From Fidelibacterota bacterium (GTDB lineage: Bacteria; Fidelibacterota; Marinisomatia; Marinisomatales; Marinisomataceae): a DNA stretch of 29,852 bases. Positions 27,044 through 29,852 of the stretch are shown in pieces. Below the pieces are notes generated by a model. That model ran no database searches, was not told the DNA's origin, and was given only the letters and a program-made list of their open reading frames with translations. A program made the translations under genes and the position numbers. Positions within the stretch are counted from its first letter, which is position 1. Every line of letters starts with the position of its first letter. The stretch lies in the NCBI GenBank assembly GCA_018672235.1, contig JABHGE010000010.1, positions 1-29,852 of the forward strand, written 5' to 3'.

Positions 27044-28155
27044 AATGCGCCTAATTTATCAGCCAAATCACTTTTTTCCCAAGGAAGATTTTCTTTTCCG
27101 AGATGACCGTAATTTGTTGTGTCAGTGAGCTTGATATTGAATAAATCAAATTTGTTAATAATACCTAGGGGAGTAAGATCAATATTTTGTTGAATCCACT
27201 TCGTCAGATCAGATCTCACTTTTCCATCACAATATACATATATTGATGTCGGTTCTTTTACTCCAATTGCGTAACTCAACTGTACGGTTGCGTTAGAAGC
27301 TATATTGCTTGCAACAATATTCTTTGCGATATATCTCGCCATATAGGTTGCACTTCTATCTACTTTTGTGCAATCTTTCCCGCTAAATGCACCTCCACCA
27401 TGAGGGGCATAACCTCCATAGGTATCTACAATAATTTTTCTACCAGTAAGTCCTGTATCGCCATCAGGGCCACCAATAACAAATCTTCCGGTAGGATTAA
27501 TCATAAATTCTGTGTCTGAATCAGTATGTTTGTGAACAATAGGATTGATAATATCTTTTACACCGCTACGAACATCCTCAATTGACATATCTTTGCTATG
27601 TTGCGTACTACAAACAATATTAGAGATACCAATTGGTTTATTCACCCCAGAATATATAAATGTAATTTGAGCTTTCCCGTCAGGCCCCAACCATGTTGCA
27701 CCAGCATGCCTTGCATGGGCTAGTGCTTTTGTAAGTTGGTGGCTATAGTGAATGGGGCTTGGCATTAAACTCTCTGTTTCATTGCATGCATATCCAAACA
27801 TTAATCCTTGGTCACCTGCACCAAAATTATCTGTTCCAAGTGCAATGTCACTACTTTGATGATGTAATTCACTATAAAATTTTAAATCTTTCCAGCTGAA
27901 TCCTTCTTGGTCATACCCAATATTCTTTACAGTCTCTCTAACAATTTTTTCTAATATTTTTTTATCAATTTTTTTGCTGCTTTTATATTCACCAGCGATG
28001 GTTACCATGTTGGTAGTGACTAAGGTTTCGATTGCGGCACGATGCGATTGATTATTATCTAAAATATAATCAGCAATAGCATCAGAGATCAAATCAGACA
28101 CCTTATCTGGATGTCCTTCTGTTACAGATTCTGATGTAAACATATAGTTATTCAT
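27040..28155 (-). CDS. metK: S-adenosylmethionine synthetase
   Basis: [55 protein letters not shown]. Confidence 0.97.
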   Translation of the reverse strand: MNNYMFTSESVTEGHPDKVSDLISDAIADYILDNNQSHRAAIETLVTTNMVTIAGEYKSSKKIDKKILEKIVRETVKNIGYDQEGFSWKDLKFYSELHHQSSDIALGTDNFGAGDQGLMFGYACNETESLMPSPIHYSHQLTKALAHARHAGATWLGPDGKAQITFIYSGVNKPIGISNIVCSTQHSKDMSIEDVRSGVKDIINPIVHKHTDSDTEFMINPTGRFVIGGPDGDTGLTGRKIIVDTYGGYAPHGGGAFSGKDCTKVDRSATYMARYIAKNIVASNIASNATVQLSYAIGVKEPTSIYVYCDGKVRSDLTKWIQQNIDLTPLGIINKFDLFNIKLTDTTNYGHLGKENLPWEKSDLADKLGAL

Positions 28156-28482
28156 TTAATCCTCTTGAACCCATTCATGTAAGTTGTAGTCAACAGTGAT
28201 TTCATCTCCAGAATTTACTATCGTTAATGTTTTTAATTTAATAAAATCATTTTCATATATCGCCTGACAGTTTGGTGTAGTGCTATGATTAAAGAATCCA
28301 CCAAGAGATGTTCTGATATAATTATGCAGAAATCTATCATCTTTAATGTGTGTAATGCCTAATTCAGTATCACTTTGAATATCTTCTGTAGCGAACAGAC
28401 CTAAGCCATGAATTAAAGAATTTTTAATGGTTAGGCATGAAGGGAGAGGCTTAAAAGCTTTAAGTTTTTTGAAGTTCTCCAT
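28156..28482 (-). CDS. Minimal SET-domain protein (putative protein-lysine methyltransferase)
   Basis: S.IHGLGLFATEDI, FNHSTTPNC, GDEITVDY. Start is either 28482 or 28512. Confidence 0.85.
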   Translation of the reverse strand: MENFKKLKAFKPLPSCLTIKNSLIHGLGLFATEDIQSDTELGITHIKDDRFLHNYIRTSLGGFFNHSTTPNCQAIYENDFIKLKTLTIVNSGDEITVDYNLHEWVQED

Positions 28483-28597
28483 TAGCGTGAAAATATTATA
28501 TTTTTCACACATAATAAATGTTTTTATTTAATAGGAATTAGAATATATTCGCATCAGAAATGAATAAAAAGTATTACATAAAGAGTCTGACATAATC

Positions 28598-29314
28598 ATG
28601 GCAGTGATTGATCAAATAATTTTATTGCAAGATGTTGATAATAAATTATTTGAAATCAATAAATTATTAGGCGATTTACCAAAGCAAGTCCAAGAACTCA
28701 CCGATCAAGAAGAATTCACTAAAAATTCTTTATCAGAAAAAGAAGAAAACTTAAAAACTACAACAGTAGAAATTCATACATCTGAGACGTTAATTGCAAC
28801 TACTCAAGAAAAAGTAGATATGCTCAAAGATAAATTAATTGATGGCTCTATTAGCAACAATAAAGAGTATGATGCAATGATGGAAACCATTGACTATGAA
28901 AAGAATATTATCTTCGAAAAAGAAAATGAATTATTAATTCTTATGCAGCACAAAGAAACCTTAACTAAGGAGATTGATGAAGATAAATCGGCTTTAGATG
29001 GGATTATTCAAGAGTTAAACTCTAAAAAAGAATCATTGAACAAAAAAGTAGAAGATGTCTCTGAAGAAAAAAATGCTCTGACAAAAGAGCGTGAAAATAT
29101 TGTTCTACATGTAGATGAAGATACCCTAGATAAATATATGGAAATTTATAATGCTAGAGATGGCGTAGCATGTTCAGAAATTCTTGATAATAACTGCGAA
29201 GGTTGTGGTGCTTACATTCCACCACAAATCGTCAATGAAGCACTTGGAAAAAGTATTGTATATTGTGGTACCTGCAGTCGTTTTTTGCATAAATCTGAAA
29301 TATCTGAAATTTAA
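28598..29314 (+). CDS. Coiled-coil protein with C-terminal C4 zinc ribbon (DUF164/CT398-like)
   Basis: LQ.VD, long heptad coiled coil, NKEY.A...EI-like motif, CEGC...IPPQ...CGTC.RFL. Confidence 0.85.
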   Translation: MAVIDQIILLQDVDNKLFEINKLLGDLPKQVQELTDQEEFTKNSLSEKEENLKTTTVEIHTSETLIATTQEKVDMLKDKLIDGSISNNKEYDAMMETIDYEKNIIFEKENELLILMQHKETLTKEIDEDKSALDGIIQELNSKKESLNKKVEDVSEEKNALTKERENIVLHVDEDTLDKYMEIYNARDGVACSEILDNNCEGCGAYIPPQIVNEALGKSIVYCGTCSRFLHKSEISEI

Positions 29315-29359
29315 TTTTTTTCTTCTTAATTAAATTTCTATCCCTTATTATATCTGAAT

Positions 29360-29700
29360 GAGCTGATTGGATGATTACTCAATTTATTTGAGAGGAAAGT
29401 CCGGGCACCGTAGAGCATAGTGCCACCTAACGGGTGGGATTCGTGAGAATATGGATTAGTGCAGCAGAGAATAGACCGCCATTTATTTGGTAAGGGTGAA
29501 ACGGAGGTGTAAGAGACCCCCAGTAACAGTGGTAACATTGTTAGCTTGTAAACCCCACTAGGTGCAAGATCAAGTAGTTCCAAGATACTGCTCGTATCAT
29601 TGAGGAACGGGTAGGTTGCTAGAGTTCTATAGCGATATAGGATAGAGAGGAATGATCATCGCATCGTAAGATGTACAGAACCCGGCTTATAGATCGGCTC
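29360..29700 (+). ncRNA. rnpB: RNase P RNA (bacterial type A)
   Basis: GAGGAAAGTCCGGGC and ACAGAACCCGGCTTA (P4 strands), AGTGCAGCAGA, GGGTGAAACGG..GTAAGAG, TAAACCCC. P1 pairs GAGCTGAT with ATCGGCTC. Confidence 0.96.
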
Positions 29701-29736
29701 AAAAAATTAGTATTGAATAGAGATTATAAAAGAAGA

Positions 29737-29852
29737 ATGAATAAATCAAAAATAGCAGGTATAGCATTCAATGTTCCCGATAATATTGTAACCAATCATG
29801 ATCTTGAAGAGATGATGGATACAACGGATGAATGGATACAAACTAGATCAGG
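29737..29852 (+). CDS. fabH: 5' fragment of 3-oxoacyl-ACP synthase III
   Basis: Manual translation MNKSKIAGIAFNVPDNIVTNHDLEEMMDTTDEWIQTRSG matches the VP...VTN.DL...DT.DEWI..R.G signature. Confidence 0.88.
   Translation, partial: MNKSKIAGIAFNVPDNIVTNHDLEEMMDTTDEWIQTRS

Noticed and set aside
28513..28597. SAM/SAH riboswitch upstream of SET-metK-ahcY
   Set aside because: The 85-nt divergent gap is AT-rich with no recognisable riboswitch core or stable stems; a covariance search would be needed to exclude one fully.
29338..29583. 81-aa minus-strand ORF
   Set aside because: Antisense shadow of the RNase P RNA.
1..29852. CRISPR arrays, tandem repeats, prophage or defence genes
   Set aside because: Intergenic space is minimal and no repeat-spacer structure or such genes were seen.

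Overview
Very AT-rich, densely packed bacterial chromosome segment, with many ATGA overlaps and no obvious intrinsic terminators. Gene style suggests a streamlined marine FCB-group organism such as Marinimicrobia, but that is inference. Two surface-polysaccharide blocks (1-9691 and 13312-24521) encode nucleotide-sugar enzymes, partial heptose synthesis, SLBB export, Wzz-, Wzy-, Wzx- and Wzi-like proteins and a bacillosamine-type initiation set. Between them lies a minus-strand run: tRNA(CAT), fold-IV PLP enzyme, sulfotransferase-like protein, small membrane protein, M1 peptidase. To the right are a minus-strand SET-metK-ahcY-FAD oxidoreductase operon, a C4 zinc-ribbon protein, RNase P RNA and the start of fabH. 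Most interesting: the SET/MetK/AhcY methylation module; the sulfotransferase-like plus non-canonical PLP enzyme pair; a lid-less APS kinase with a tiny HxGH nucleotidyltransferase (possible minimal PAPS synthase); a PglF-like chimera with a swapped catalytic domain; and a flippase-GT4 fusion. All family calls come from motif recognition by eye; no searches were run.
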